A DNA stretch of 62,708 bases, filler included, from Dugesia japonica (taxonomy: Eukaryota): NCBI GenBank assembly GCA_001938525.1. It is 5 parts of 5 records of this genome, joined end to end, with 100 filler letters (N's around TTAATTAATTAA, not from the genome) between each part and the next. Parts side by side here need not be neighbours in the genome. Positions count along the whole stretch, not along the records: positions 9,611 to 24,089 come from MQRL01630299.1; positions 24,190 to 34,513 come from MQRL01648353.1; 3 more parts are not named here. One strand, given 5' to 3'. Numbering within the stretch: position 1 is the stretch's first letter; every line of letters starts with the position of its first letter. The translations under genes were made by a program, and so were the position numbers. Of the stretch, positions 14,620 to 28,107 are shown piece by piece. The notes under the pieces are model-generated. The model had not been told where the DNA came from and searched no databases. It saw only the letters and a list, made by a program, of their open reading frames with translations.

Positions 14620-15403
14620 ACGCTTATTGGTTTTCTCACTGTGCACTGATCTTCAGGGATTCGTGTTCTGATCACTAGTTCTCAGTTATCAAAACTCTGT
14701 TAGCTGAAAACTGGTCCCCAGACATCAAAACTCTGATCACTGTACACTGATCAAGATTTATCCATGGTTTTCTCGCTTTTTACAGGTCTTTACTCTTTAT
14801 TAGTTTTCTAACTATTTGTGAGTCTTACTTTTCATTGATATTAAATGTACTTTTTGATTAATTTTAAAACTTCATAAATTTTTCATTAATTATTTTACTA
14901 TGATTGAATAAAATTTCTATTTGAATATTTAATTATCTAATTAATTTGACAGGTTAATAATAGGTTTATGAATAAATGATTAGAATTTTAATAATTGAAT
15001 AAAATTTCCATAAAAAATTAATATAAAAACTTTTTCCCAACTAAATACGCATAAAAAATATTGCTGCTTAAAAAGCCTAAAAAATTCTACTGCTTAAAAA
15101 GCCTACAAAAAATTTCAAAACTAAATACACATTAAAAATAAAAAATACTGGATCACCTATGTAATAATCTCCCGACGAAATTAATCTTACACACATAAAT
15201 TTTGTTCTTGCCTAAATACACATAAAAAATACTGGATCACTTACGTATTAATCTCGCGACGAGATTAATTACATTATATAAGGCACAGAAATGTGTGCCG
15301 CCGCCAATTAACATTATAAAAATACTGGTTCACTTATGTAATAATCCGATTACGTCAACGGGGGGAGGGGAGGGGGGATACAGTCCGCTACTATCTTCCT
15401 ACT
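14620..15403 (-). mobile_element. Polinton-like terminal fragment with subterminal tandem repeats
   Basis: Minus strand starts AGTAGGAAGATAGTAG, followed by a C-rich tract, and abuts TATATA. AAAAATACTGG(A/T)TCAC.TA.GTA.TAATC recurs three times at 15140-15350. Confidence 0.5.
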
Positions 15404-16094
15404 TATATATTATCTAAAAAACATGTATCGAAAAATGCTTTTTTAAATATGAAATTCGCATTTGAAAGTAAAGTACACCACCACCCTAGCTAGACTGTTC
15501 TTTACTGATTNNNNNNNNNNNNNNNNNNNNNNNNNNNNNNNNNNNNNNNNNNNNNNNNNNNNNNNNNAACTTGTATCCTAAAATGTTTCCTTCTCGCCAA
15601 AATATAGGAACAAAGGAATATGATTTATTAAACATAGGGCCAAATAAAAATATGCTACCATGCCAATCATTATATAGTTGGATGTGCAATTACATGATAA
15701 ATAAAATGATGTATGTAAACGTGTCATCTGATGTAAAAAGTTATTACACAAAGAAAATTTAAAAACTCGTCATAGCCGCCATTTTGAATTTTTAAAATTC
15801 TTTTCTTGTACGATTTGATTGAGAATTAAAAATAACCTATAAATTACCTAATTAAATACTATCGAAAAACACTATGTTTCGTCACAATTTACAGAACAAA
15901 GAAAAATTAAAAAGTAAGTTACGATTGTCTCATGAACTTGTATCTTAAAACGCTTACTTTTCTATTAAATTGAGTTTTTTTTCTGAAATAACTTTTGTTA
16001 TACTACTAAAAAAATTTAATTCTAAAATGAATATTTAATTGATAACATATAATTAACGGTAATGTTTATTAGAACAACCATGACAGATTGCATC

Positions 16095-17395
16095 TAGGGA
16101 ATTCAAAACCGGGATCCCGAAATTCCGAAAACCGGGATTCCAGACCATATAGAGCCTTTTTTCAATACTGGTTTTTGATGGTTCAATTTTGGTTTTTTGG
16201 TTTTCAAATAATGTAGGTATTGAATGATATAAATTCTGTATCAGTTTAATGACATTCTATGGAACTATTAGTCTGGCGATACACTAAATCAGACGAAACA
16301 TTTCTGATCATAACAGTCAAAATGATTTAAATAGTAACCAGTAATTAATTATAAAATGAGAAAAAACATAAAAATCCTTCATCGGCTAAAGGTTCCAGTT
16401 AAAGTAGCGGTTGAAGCATTGTGTCACAATGATGCAAATTTGATAACGGCTGACGCAACATTTAAATTCTTATTCCAGAAACTTCAAAAGGTAAATACAA
16501 CACTAGGGACTGAATTATTAAATATAATAAAGAAACGTATTTATGAGCGTTGTACCATAATTTTGGATACTATTCAATATTGACATCATGCATGTGAAGT
16601 AAATAAAGAAACGTGTACAGCAGACGACCAAGAAAAGTTTTCATTTCCAAAACTCACCAAAACTGCAATAGTCAAGTCCTTGTTATATATAGCACACAAT
16701 ACGATTTATTTAATGTAAAACAGAACATTAGTAACGGAAGTGGTGATGAAGACTGTAATGATTATGAAGTTTAAGAAATTATGGAACCGCAGATCCTATT
16801 TGAAAACCCCTTAGTATGACGGAAATACTTGATCAGGCTATATCAAAAGAGATAAATTATATGATTTTTGAAAGAAAACAAAGAAAACCCAATATAATTC
16901 TAATTTTTTGAAAAAAGAAAAAGCGCTGTTCGAAGAAGAAGGAGCACGGGCACGTATATCCAGCCAATTTATGATGTTGTATTTTCAAGCCATCCTACAA
17001 GAGTTGAGACTGAAAAAGCATTTTCGATTGCAGGTCAAATCCGTACAAAACTTCGAACAAACGTGATCGATGAGACAATTGATGCTTTGTGCTTCTAGCG
17101 AGCTTATTTCAAAAAAAATAAAAATATGAAAAACTAAAACGCTTATTTAATTTGTAGTGCTATATAGTTTTGTAATTTTCTATTACAATATATTTTCTAT
17201 TCCAATGAATTATTATAAAAATGAAATAATTTTTGTTATACTGAAATAAAATATGAAATAAAGTTCAATAATTTAATCCTCTGAATTCTGTTTTGAAGCA
17301 TCAAATTTTCTGTATTGAACACCGCGTTAGCGATTTTGGTTCCGTAGAAACCGATATACCGGTTTTCAAAATTCTTTGTGGTTTTGCATTTCTTA
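16095..17395 (+). mobile_element. Internally deleted hAT transposon with 8-bp TSD
   Basis: Perfect TSD ATTGCATC at 16087-16094 and 17396-17403. Degenerate TIRs TAGGGAATTCAAAACC / TAAGAAATGCAAAACC. hAT C-terminal remnants VEALCHNDANLITAD and PTRVETEKAFSIAGQIRTKLR. Confidence 0.92.
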
Positions 17396-18129
17396 ATTGC
17401 ATCTATAAATTTCCATTTCAAATTTTTTACTCATCTTCATTGTTTTCATCATGATATTTTTCAAATATTTCCATAACCATGTATAGGGTCTACTCCATTA
17501 ATCTGTTTAATTTTAAATCATAACAATTCCGGTGCGCAGTATATTATTTCTTCCATTAGTTTTGGACCATTTTTCTTTTCCATTCATTTATACAAAATTT
17601 TGTTGAAAATAATTTTTATCAATTTGTCTATAACTTTATCTAAATTCATTGTTAATAAAATAAAAAATGTTGATTTTTTTATATTGAGCATTATTGCAGC
17701 TGTATTGCATTGTCTACGTTTAACTTGCATTCTTATTGGTTTGTCATTGTTTAATGCGCACCTGCATTACTCATGCTCTTTGTATACTTGCATTTATGTT
17801 TCATTGTCTTTCATTAACTTGCATTCATGTTGCACATGTAAGACTTATAGTTTTTGATGATTTGCATTTGTATTGCATTTTCTTTACCGGGCCTATAATT
17901 TTGAGACCTAAAGAGGACTGTTACACATTCACAAACATTATTATAGTCCTAAAGAAGACTGATATACGTTTTCATAATAGCACTAAAGAGAGCTTATATA
18001 CTCCCAATCAACATTTGTGGTCCTAAAGAGGATCGGTACACGTTCACATATATACAATTTTCTTTTCTTTTGACATCATTTTTTTAATTATTAAAAGTTT
18101 ATAATATTATATAAAATAAAATAAAGTCA

Positions 18130-20200
18130 TACTTTGCAGCAGATTGGATTGAACTTGATTGAGATGGATTGACTTTTATGAGGAAAAGTATTACAATATA
18201 TGCCAGTATGGTAAGCTTAAATTTTTCTCTGTCCATACTCGTATATCATCCTTATTAGACAGAGCTACTTTCTTACTTTTAATACTGTAGAGCTGATGAT
18301 TTTTTGATGTTATTCGAAATTGCTATACTGAGACCGTTTCATGTTATTATTATTATAACAGTCAAGGTATGACTGATGACAAATGTCAGTGTTTTTTAAT
18401 GTTATACCTTTAGCTTTCATTGATTCATTTTCGCTAAGAAGGCTATAACACTTCGGTCTCAAAAATATCCATTCCTGATATTTCTTTCCTTTACTCTCAT
18501 CCTTGAACTCTCCAAATATTGAATTTAAACTATTGCTGTAAAGGGGATGGCTTGTGCTGTAATTGGACGTATCTAATAGCTGATCCTTCATCATTAATCC
18601 GGTTAGTTTTTCCAAACTTATATTTACAACTTCTAAGAAAAAACTTTCCATTTTGCTGGCTATTATATTTATCTTGTAATTCTCTTTCTGTCTGTACTTT
18701 TACAACCCAATATACTATAATTTGTACATTTTTAACTTTGAGAGCTTCAGTACAGTTTGCCCAATTTAGCTTGGTGCATCCAAACAAACAATGTCTTTAT
18801 TCATTAAAACAGTTATTTAGATAATCGTTAATTTAAGTTGTTTTTCTAAATTCAGCTTTTGATGTATATGCCATTATTTTTTAGGTGAATTACAATTTTA
18901 ATTCTGATTTACACTCTGATATTAATTTAGTGTTAACATATATTGTTTGAAAATAGATGGCTGGCTAAATTTGACACCTCTATGTACCTTTGTTATTTGT
19001 ACACCCAATTGCAAATAAATTTGCAGTAATCCCCAATGTATGAAATAATTTTCTTTCGGGTAATGAGTCAGCATTAAATTGTTTATCTTCGGTCCTGGAG
19101 CACTTTGATGTTCTGCTGCAACAGGTTAATCATTCAGTTCATCTTGAATTTCTGCTGGTTTATACCATAATAAATACTGTAATGTGTATTTATATGGCAA
19201 TGAGTTTAGGTCCTCTGTCTAAATTTTTCTAAATTTGAATAGATCCACTCAAAGTCTTTAACTTCTGACTTAATGCCCAATCATATAGACTGTTGATGTC
19301 GATGTATAACAAATCAGTTTTTCGTTATTAACAACATGGTGTTTATTTACAAATGTTAGTCCACCTCATATATCCTATTCAAAAAAAGTATAAATATCAT
19401 TATCAGTTAACAATTCAATTGGCTCATTTAATAACATCAATGTAGATGCCTAACTCATACCCGGGATGCCAAAGAATGTTAACGGCTCTAAATTATTGTG
19501 TGCCAATGATTTATTTCTAAACTGTTGAAAGAAATAGGCTAACAAAACACATCTAGTTTTAAATATATTACTATATAGTCCATTAGATTGTTGCATTCTG
19601 TTATATTCCACATTTTCAATGCTTTTTGATAATATTGCTTACTAACTTCCTTCTATCTCGTTGGCATTGTTGTTGTTTCAAGCAGAACTTGCAAACTAAT
19701 TGCATAATTATAAGGAAATATCCTCTTTGACATTGTTTTTCTTCATTGGCTTGTCCCTTTCATTGAATACAAGAGCGGACATGTATTCTTTATATTTTGA
19801 GGCTCGATTCTGATTTTTTCTGACTTTATCCTTTTTGAGTACACCTAAAATGCTGTATGTGAAACACATATTGTCATTATTCTGAAGATTTAGAACTGCT
19901 TTTTATTTTTCAAGTTTTTTCGGTGTTGGAATGTAGCCATGTCCAGATAGTCTGCTGATGTCGGTTACCTTTGTGATTTTAAAATTTATTTCACATATGC
20001 GGCTCAGTATCCAACTAAATCTGATTTCGCTTCTTATAGCTATATTGTCATTTAATTATTTTCTTGCATTTTCAAAAAAAAGAACCGCTAAATAAAACAG
20101 CTTGATTCAAAAATCTACAAGATTTTGCTTCATCATTTTTTTTAAATTCAACATTTATCCCAAATTGGATCTTAACATTTTTTAATTCTTCAATAATTTT
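18130..20200 (-). pseudogene. Protein-primed family B DNA polymerase (Polinton/Maverick/adintovirus type), decayed and internally deleted
   Basis: Minus-strand motifs in order: YIPTPKKL, LNLQNNDNMCFTYSIL, IFPYNY, GGLTFV, YIDINSLY, DTSNY, GEFKDE, LRPKCYS, KAKGI, KVALSNKDDIR. Confidence 0.92.
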
Positions 20201-20544
20201 GTATTTATATGTGTGTATGGATCATAATTTTTCTATCCCTTTTGTTAGTGTGTATCATAAATTTATTACCCCTTTTGTCTGTGTGTATTATAAATATTCT
20301 ATCCTCATTTAATTATTTATTTTTGTATTAAATTTTTCTATTCCATTGTATGTGTGTATAATAGTTGTTTTTCTATCCCCTTTTTGTAAGTATGTCTAAA
20401 AATGTTTAAAATACCGTAATATATTTCAAAGTACCACAACGTAACATATTAATGAATGTATCAAAGGCATAATATTATAATGCTACTTATCTTTAATGAA
20501 TCAATTGATTTTATTTCTGTAAAACATATATATATATATATATA

Positions 20545-21060
20545 AGTAGTGTGATATATACGATTTCCACTCAGTATATACCTTTAGGGGGTAAAATAAG
20601 GGGGTCAAATGTAAAAATGTCAAATGTAAAATGTTAGATAAAAATGACAAATGTAATATAAGGGGGTCAAATGAAAAAATGGCAGATGTAAAATGTTAGA
20701 TAAAAATGACAAATGTAAAATAAGGGGGTCAAATGAAAAAATGTCAAATGTCAAATGTAAAAGGTTAGATAAAAAATTTAAAATGTAAAATGTGAAATAT
20801 TCGAAGAAGACAAAATATGTCAAATGTAAAATGTTAGATAAAAATGTAAAGTGTAAAAATGAAAAAATGTCAAATGTAAAATGTAAAATCTAAAATGTGA
20901 AATATTCGAAGAAGACAAAATATGTCAAATGTAAAATGTTAGATAAAAATGTAAAATGTAAAAATGNAAAAATGTCAAATGTAAAATGATAGATAAAAAT
21001 GTGAAATACACGAAGTGACTTTTATATGTCAAGTGTCACATCTGACATGTGACATTGACA
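20545..21060 (+). mobile_element. Probable Polinton left terminus with subterminal tandem repeat array
   Basis: AGTAGTGTG... starts immediately after a (TA)n tract. A dense array of AAATGTCAAATGTAAAATGTTAGATAAAA / GGGGGTCAAATG / GTGAAATATTCGAAGAAGAC units follows, then an 8-bp inverted repeat at 21034-21054. It lies directly upstream of the ZnF and pPolB genes. Confidence 0.6.
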
Positions 21061-21114
21061 CAAATAAAGAGGGTCTATGATTAAAATATTTATTTATAAA
21101 ATAACAAAGTAAAA

Positions 21115-21473
21115 ATGGAAATGGAAGAGATAATTTTTTAATGTGAACATTGTAAAAAAATATTAAAAAATAAAGCCGGCTTATCAAGTCATATAAAATC
21201 TAAAACTTGTATAATTCCATTAACAAAATTTAAATGTACATATTCAAGATGTAATAAATCTTTTAATACAGAATATGGTTTACGTGAACATTTTATTAGT
21301 ACATGTTGTGGAGATATGAAAAAAATGTTCCATTAAGAGGTTTAATTTGTGATAAAAAATTTGATTTACAAAATCAAGCAAAAAGACATTGCATTTCAAA
21401 ATCACACACAAAGAATATAAATCTAGAATTATTAAATGAATTACCAAATTATGATGATGAATTTTTTATGTAA
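21115..21473 (+). pseudogene. Stand-alone three-C2H2-like zinc-finger ORF (disrupted)
   Basis: CEHCKKILKNKAGLSSHIKSKTC, CTYSRCNKSFNTEYGLREH and ICDKKFDLQNQAKRHCISKSH, with an early stop and a frameshift. Confidence 0.75.
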
Positions 21474-21532
21474 TAAAAGAGGAAATATTTAAGAGGAAAT
21501 ATATAAAAATAAAAAGAGGAAAAAAATATCGT

Positions 21533-24089
21533 ATGATTAAATTATTACTTAAGAAAATGAGTACTCAAATAATAAAATGTGATAATTGTAATAAAACATT
21601 TAAAAATCTAGCAGGAAAAATGGGGCATATAAAATCTAGAACATGTTACAGAGATAATGCGGCATTTCAATGTGAAAAATGTAATAAAATATTTAAAAGT
21701 GAAAATGGTCTACAAAAACATTTAAATTCTACAAAATAGGGTAATACAAATATTGTTCCATTGAAATGTGAAATTTGTAATAAAACATTTACAAGACAAA
21801 ATCACGCAAAAAGACATTACAATTCTGATAAACATAAAAAAATGTTACTTAATCAACTCCCAGGTAATGAAGCAATTAATAATAAAGTAGAAATTAGAGA
21901 TTTATTAAGAATGTATAAAGATTATCAAATTACTTATTTTAAAGATAGCAAAGTAGAGATGAAATATAATGTTGAAGAATTATATCCCATTCCAATTAGA
22001 AATATTAATGTATTTAAATTTGAAGTAAAAGAAATAATAAGAAAGTATTTTAGTTATGCTAAAAAGGTAGTTTTAAGAATGGAAGTAAAATGTAGATATA
22101 TAAAACAATTAAATAATGAATGTGTTGAAAGAGATTTAACTTCTTTCTCTAAAAATAAAAAATTTGCAATTGAAAGTGAAATATCCAATTCTGTTATTAA
22201 AACATTGTTTGAATTAGAAAGATATATTGAAGATAAAGATAAAGAAGGAAGTGGATGGTCAATGTCACAAATTATAGAGTATAAATTAGATCTTTCTAAA
22301 TATCAATCATTAGCCGGTGCTACATATTATAAATCACCATTTTCAAAACAAGGTGTAATAAATATAGAAAATAAAGATAATAAATGTTTCTTATATTCAA
22401 TCTTAGCACNNNNNNNNNNNNNNNNNNNNNNNNNNNNNNNNNNNNNNNNNNNNNNNNNNNNNNNNNNNNNNNNNNTGAATTTCCAATGAACATTGATGAT
22501 ATAAATAAATTTGAAAAATTAAACAATTATGAAATAAATGTATTTGGTGTAGATGTTAATAAAAAACTTGAACCACTTTACATTTCACATCATACAATAA
22601 AACCAGATACAACAGAAAATAAATGTAACTTATTAGTATATAATGATCACTATATTTTATGTAGAAATCTAGGTGTATTTTTACACCTAATAGAAACAGA
22701 AATTATCCATGTATCAGATGTATGAATTGTTATTCATCTGAAGAAGTTTTAAATAAACATCAAGATGCATGCATTAGACATAAACCTAATAACATTGTTT
22801 TTCCATATGAAGATTATTATTCATTTAATAAATTTTATCAAATAAACAAAATACCTTTTATTCTAATTGGTGATTTCGAAGCTTATACAAATTCAAATAA
22901 AAAACAAAAAGCTTTATCATTAGGTGTTTTTTTAAAATCAGAATATCAAGATTTATTAGAAAGCAAATATTATGAATTCTCAGGTGAAAACATTTATGAT
23001 GAATTCTTTAAGTTTTTAGATGACACTAATAATAAATTACAAGATATAAAAGATAATAAATGAATAATGGAATGTACAACTGAAGTTCCAGAATTGTCCG
23101 AAGGCACAAAATGTAGATATTGTAAAAAATTATTAAGAACTTCAGTTAAAGATCATAACCATTTTACAGGGGAATTTAGAGGGTGGTCATGTAACAATTG
23201 TAATGTAAATGATCTATCAATTAAAAATTTATTTATACTATTTTACTTTCATAACGCATCAGGTTATGATAATCATTTATTTTTTAAGGAATTATTATTA
23301 AAGTTTCCAAGTAGAATAAAAAAGATAATACCTCACTCATCTGACAATTACATTTCATTTGAATTTAGAAATATTAGATTTCTTGATTCAGCTAGATTGT
23401 TACCTTTTACATATGTAGAAGTAATGGGAAAATTATTAACACAATCTAATAATTATCCAATTTTAACATCATTTAATTTAAGACCGAAGAAAGCTATATT
23501 TCCTTATGAATATGTAAAAGGTGAAAGTATAGCAGAAGTAGAAGAATTATTAAAATCTAACAGAATACCAACAAAAGATGATTTCTTTAACACATTAAAT
23601 CAAAAAGAAATATCTGATGAAGAATATGCGGCATTTTTAATTGACTTTGAACAATTTGATAGTATGTGGTGTTACATGTTACACTATATGAAGTTAGANN
23701 NNNNNNNNNNNNNNNNNNNNNNNNNNNNNNNNNNNNNNNNNNNNNNNNNNNNNNNNNNNNNNNNNNNNNNNNNNNNNNNNNNNNNNNNNNNNNNNNNNNN
23801 NNNNNNNNNNNNNNNNNNNNNNNNNNNNNNNNNNNNNNNNNNNNNNNNNNNNNNNNNNNNNNNNNNNNNNNNNNNNNNNNNNNNNNNNNNNNNNNGTGGT
23901 TATTCTGGTGTTTGTGGTGAAAGACAAGTATTTTCACATAATAAAAATAAAGAACCATATACTACACAAATGAATAAATCTCAATATGAAGATTTAATAA
24001 AAATGATGAACACATATGAATTTATTCCAGATGAATATCTTGAAAATTTATTAGAAGATACATTTATAAAATATTTAGATGAAAATAGT
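21533..24089 (+). pseudogene. Polinton/Maverick-type protein-primed PolB with N-terminal C2H2 fingers and endonuclease-VII-like insertion; truncated by contig end
   Basis: Three C2H2 fingers, EGSGWS, INIENKDNKCFLYSILA, DFEA (ExoI), DHNHFTGEFRGWSCNNCN, FHNASGYDNH (ExoII), FLDS, FPYEY, GYSG and YLDENS (Pol motif A). In-frame stops at 21737 and 23061 and a frameshift near 22680. Confidence 0.93.
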
Positions 24090-24189
24090 NNNNNNNNNNN
24101 NNNNNNNNNNNNNNNNNNNNNNNNNNNNNNNNNTTAATTAATTAANNNNNNNNNNNNNNNNNNNNNNNNNNNNNNNNNNNNNNNNNNNN

Positions 24190-24228
<39 letters not shown>

Positions 24229-24749
24229 AATTATCATTAAAATTTTTTAAAATTAATTTTTAATTCATTTTTTGTAATTACAAATGTAGTGAAATTCAAA
24301 TAGAAGAAAAGTGACTTATATCTAAATGGAAATTATAAACAGTTGAAAGTAGCCAATTAAATCAATAAAACATTTTTACAAATTTTCAACAAGATGCTCA
24401 AATGCCTCTTAGATTATTTGTAATTACTTTAAGAGATTGTAAATTGGATAAACTATCTAGACTCTAAACGATTAAATTTTTATTAAAAATTCAGAAAAAT
24501 GATTTTTTCTTTAAAAATTTTGTTGAAGAAAATATTTCATTGTCAGAAATAACATTAATTTTCAAAAACGAAATTATTTATTATATTTTTAAATGAAAAA
24601 TTTATTTTTGTGCGAATAATAATTCAATAAATTGAAAATAAATAATAAAAATAAATTATATTTAAAAAAAATGAAGAGTATATTGAATATAATGTGGAAA
24701 ATTATAAAAATATAAAGACCTAATAAAATCTTTACGTTTAACAGTCAAA

Positions 24750-25530
24750 TGCCTTAAACCAATTCTATCCTCGATGTACTGTGTTCTTAAAGATAACAAA
24801 ATAACAATGAAATGAAGACCTATTTTTGACGCATCTGACACTCCTTTATTAACCTCATTGAAAATCAAATAATTCTTAAATATTACTAGAAAATTCATCA
24901 ACTATTTAAATACATAGATGATATTTTCTTTGTTACTAATTCTTCTTTAGACAACATTTGAGAAAAAGCCAAAACTATTAATGATAACATTAAATTAAAT
25001 TTAGAGAAATCAATTGATTTTCGAATTCCTTTCTGGACACTTTATTTCAAAAGAAACCATGTGAAATGTTTATTACTCATATACAATAAAACCTCCATAT
25101 AAAGTACACCCTACTTTACTTTATAACGATATACCTTGAATAAAGAGTCAATACCCCTCAGAAATAAAATAAACTCGGCTCATTTTCATATTTTTGTACC
25201 TTTAAGACAGGAGAATTTTATAATGGGTGTACTTTAACAGTGAGTTTTACTGTATATATGAAACCATTTCACTGTGGATATATATTATCTTGGAGTAGTA
25301 ATACTACCATCAGCCAGAAAATTGGTATAATTAAAGGTGAAAGAATTCGAACACGGAGACTTTTTTCAAATGAAGAAATAAAATCAATTTCTCCTAAATT
25401 GATAAAAAAAATAAATTCTTAAATAACAACTACCCAATTCAAATTATATCAACATATTTATCTTCAAAAAAAATACAATAAAATTAAATCAAAAACAAAG
25501 ACAGTAATTAAGTTACATTTTATTAATGAG
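24750..25530 (+). mobile_element. Penelope-like retroelement RT fragment
   Basis: FKYIDDIF, INDNIKLNLEK..IPF and YMKPFHCGYILSWSSNTTISQKIGIIKGE; homologous to 45398-45700. Confidence 0.85.
25084..25252. mobile_element. pogo/Tc1-mariner-type MITE inserted in the Penelope RT
   Basis: TIRs CAATAAAACCTCCATATAAAGTACACCC / CAGTAAAACTCACTGTTAAAGTACACCC with TA duplication. Removing it restores the frame ...THIYMKP. Confidence 0.85.
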
Positions 25531-25714
25531 AAATGTAGCTAAATCATGCAAAATATTTCAGCAGCAGTTAATTTTAAAACCAGATGGAGAGATGGTGCAG
25601 CGTGTCACGATCTACCTACTCAATAGTATGTCTTTGATATTTCAAAGTGCTCGTCTAACTCTATCATATCTGGAATATGTTTTTTTAGTAAACAGTTTTC
25701 AGACACCTTGTCTC

Positions 25715-28107
25715 TAGTGCATCCAATACCGGTATTGTAACTTAAAAAATAAACATGATTAATATCTCAAATAAATAGTAAAAATTTACAGTGATTCAAT
25801 AAACTTCTTTATTTTATAAAAAAATTACAGATTTTTTTCATTTTTTGCTTTTTTCTTCTTTGTAAAATATGGCAGTAAGAAACATAGATCGTTGAGAGTG
25901 TCATCCTCAAGAGATGATCGTAATTTGGTGACAATGTTACCAATGGCAGAAAAACCACGCCCTGATTCGAAACTTGTTGGCCTTATAGTTTACAAGTGTT
26001 CATAGGAGTTTCGCAAATATGTTACACTAGTTCCTCTTTCTTCAAAAACTGCAATCTCCTTGCGGAATTTTTTTGATAAATCTTTTGAAACGTCCAATCT
26101 GCCATTGAATTGTCAATTCAAGCTTCTATTTCAATGACAAGTTTGTAGAGTTGTCAACAGAATCGCTATCAGATAAAACGCTGGTCAAATGGAGAGGCTA
26201 ACCTGCTCGCTGATTGAGCCGCTTATTCAGTCGAAATATGACATTTACAATAGCTGATTTGCTAAGGTGCTCAAATGACAGTGCTGGATCCAAATTATCG
26301 TATCGTTGATTACCTTTCTGCAGATATTGCAGCAAGCTAGAAAAAGTTATCCGTTGATCATTTATTTGTAGCACCAATGTGGCTTTCAATTTAACAACTT
26401 AATCCGTGTCTCCAAAGTTATTTACCATAAACAATAGTGTTGCATTGGCTGACAACAGTGTCGCATCATTTCGGCACAATGCCTCCAGCGGCACTTGACG
26501 TTCACTTATCAAATGTCAAATTGAATTGCATTCCTTGCGATCGGAGACGAGTGAACTTTAATATGACCGTCTCTCAGATTGTGTTTGTGTATTTGACTAC
26601 CAAATTTTGAATTGTCGTCACCGATTTCGGAACAACAAACCGACCAGGTTTTAGTGATGTTCTCAGTTTAGCTGATGTAAAGAATATGCTAAATGACAGT
26701 CCGTCAATGGCGATCAATCTAGAGAGAACTGCAAGCAACGAAATGTTGATTTTGAAATAAATCGGTACTCAGAGATTTGGGATTTTTGGCCGATGGCAAT
26801 GCAACCGATGAAGATGTTGCGTCTTGGGGCTATTTTCTCTTTAGCAAGTCGATTTTATGGTTTGTTCTTAGAAGTGTATAGAGTCCACTGGTATTGCCAC
26901 CTTGTGATTTTATCTCTTTGTCACATTTCTTACACTTTGGAAGTTGATTTTCTTTATCACACAGAAAATAAAACCACATAGAATTTTCGTGCGCTAATGC
27001 TGAATTCTTTGAATACTTTTTGAGACATGCTGGTTGTCTCTGAATATAAATTTATACATTAGACATAAAATATTTATTCCTAAATTAAATCCTTACTATT
27101 TCAATGCAAACGTACTAACGTTAACGTATTTATTTGAATGAATTTCAATCGGAATTATCAATAAAAGTGAATTCTTACGCTGTGATAAAAATCTTACGAA
27201 TATTTAAGTTAACAATATAAAAATCTTATTTTACAAATAAATACAAAAACCCAATTCAAATAAATAGATAATTCCTAAAATAGTTCGTGAAAATAATTTA
27301 CAAATAGATTTTTAAAAAAACACAAAACATGTCTAATATTCAAACACAATAATTTTTAATAAACATTTAATACACAAAATTTAAAATCATAATCCCAAAA
27401 ATTNNNNNNNNNNNNNNNNNNNNNNNNNNNNNNNNNNNNNNNNNNNNNNNNNNNNNNNNNNNNNNNNNNNNNNNNNNNNNNNNNNNNNNNNNNNNNNNNN
27501 NNNNNNNNNNNNNNNNNNNNNNNNNNNNNNNNNNNNNNNNNNNNNNNNNNNNNNNNNNNNNNNNNNNNNNNNNNNNNNTACTTGTCTCAAATTTACATAT
27601 TGGAACAGTAGAAGGGCTTTTTAAAATCGCATCACAGTAATTGAGGTGCATATGAGCAACTAATTCTGAGCCCTAATAAAAAAATCTAATAAATCAATGT
27701 GTAAAAAAATCGTAGAAAATATATATTTACGCTTAGAATTTACTTTTCTAACTATAATATTTTTTAAAAAAAAACATGTTCACTATTTAAAATTAAATTC
27801 AAATATAATTTGATTCTATCCAGAATAATTCAGTAAAGCTNNNNNNNNNNNNNNNNNNNNNNNNNNNNNNNNNNNNNNNNNNNNNNNNNNCATTTAATAC
27901 ACAAAATTTAAAATCATAATCCCAAAAATTAATTTATTTTGAAAAACTCAAACTAATCAAGAATGAGCATAATGAATAAGCATAATGAATAAGCACAATG
28001 AGCATATTTGGTACTGTTGTATATATTTTTTTATTCAATACCGAAATACTCGTATTTCGGTACCAGAAAAAAATCCGGTAATGGTACCACCGGTATTGGA
28101 TGTAGTA
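25715..28107 (-). mobile_element. Internally deleted hAT transposon with 8-bp TSD (right end affected by an assembly duplication)
   Basis: TSD CTTGTCTC at 25707-25714 and 28108-28115. TIRs TAGTGCATCCAATACCGGT / TACTACATCCAATACCGGT. Remnants LEALCRNDATLLSANAT and PTSFESGRGFSAIGNIVTKLRSSL. Confidence 0.9.

Noticed and set aside
20590-21030. CRISPR-like periodic repeats (also 15140-15350 and 17905-18035)
   Set aside because: There are no unique spacers between identical repeats and no cas genes, and the context is eukaryotic. These are tandem subterminal repeats.
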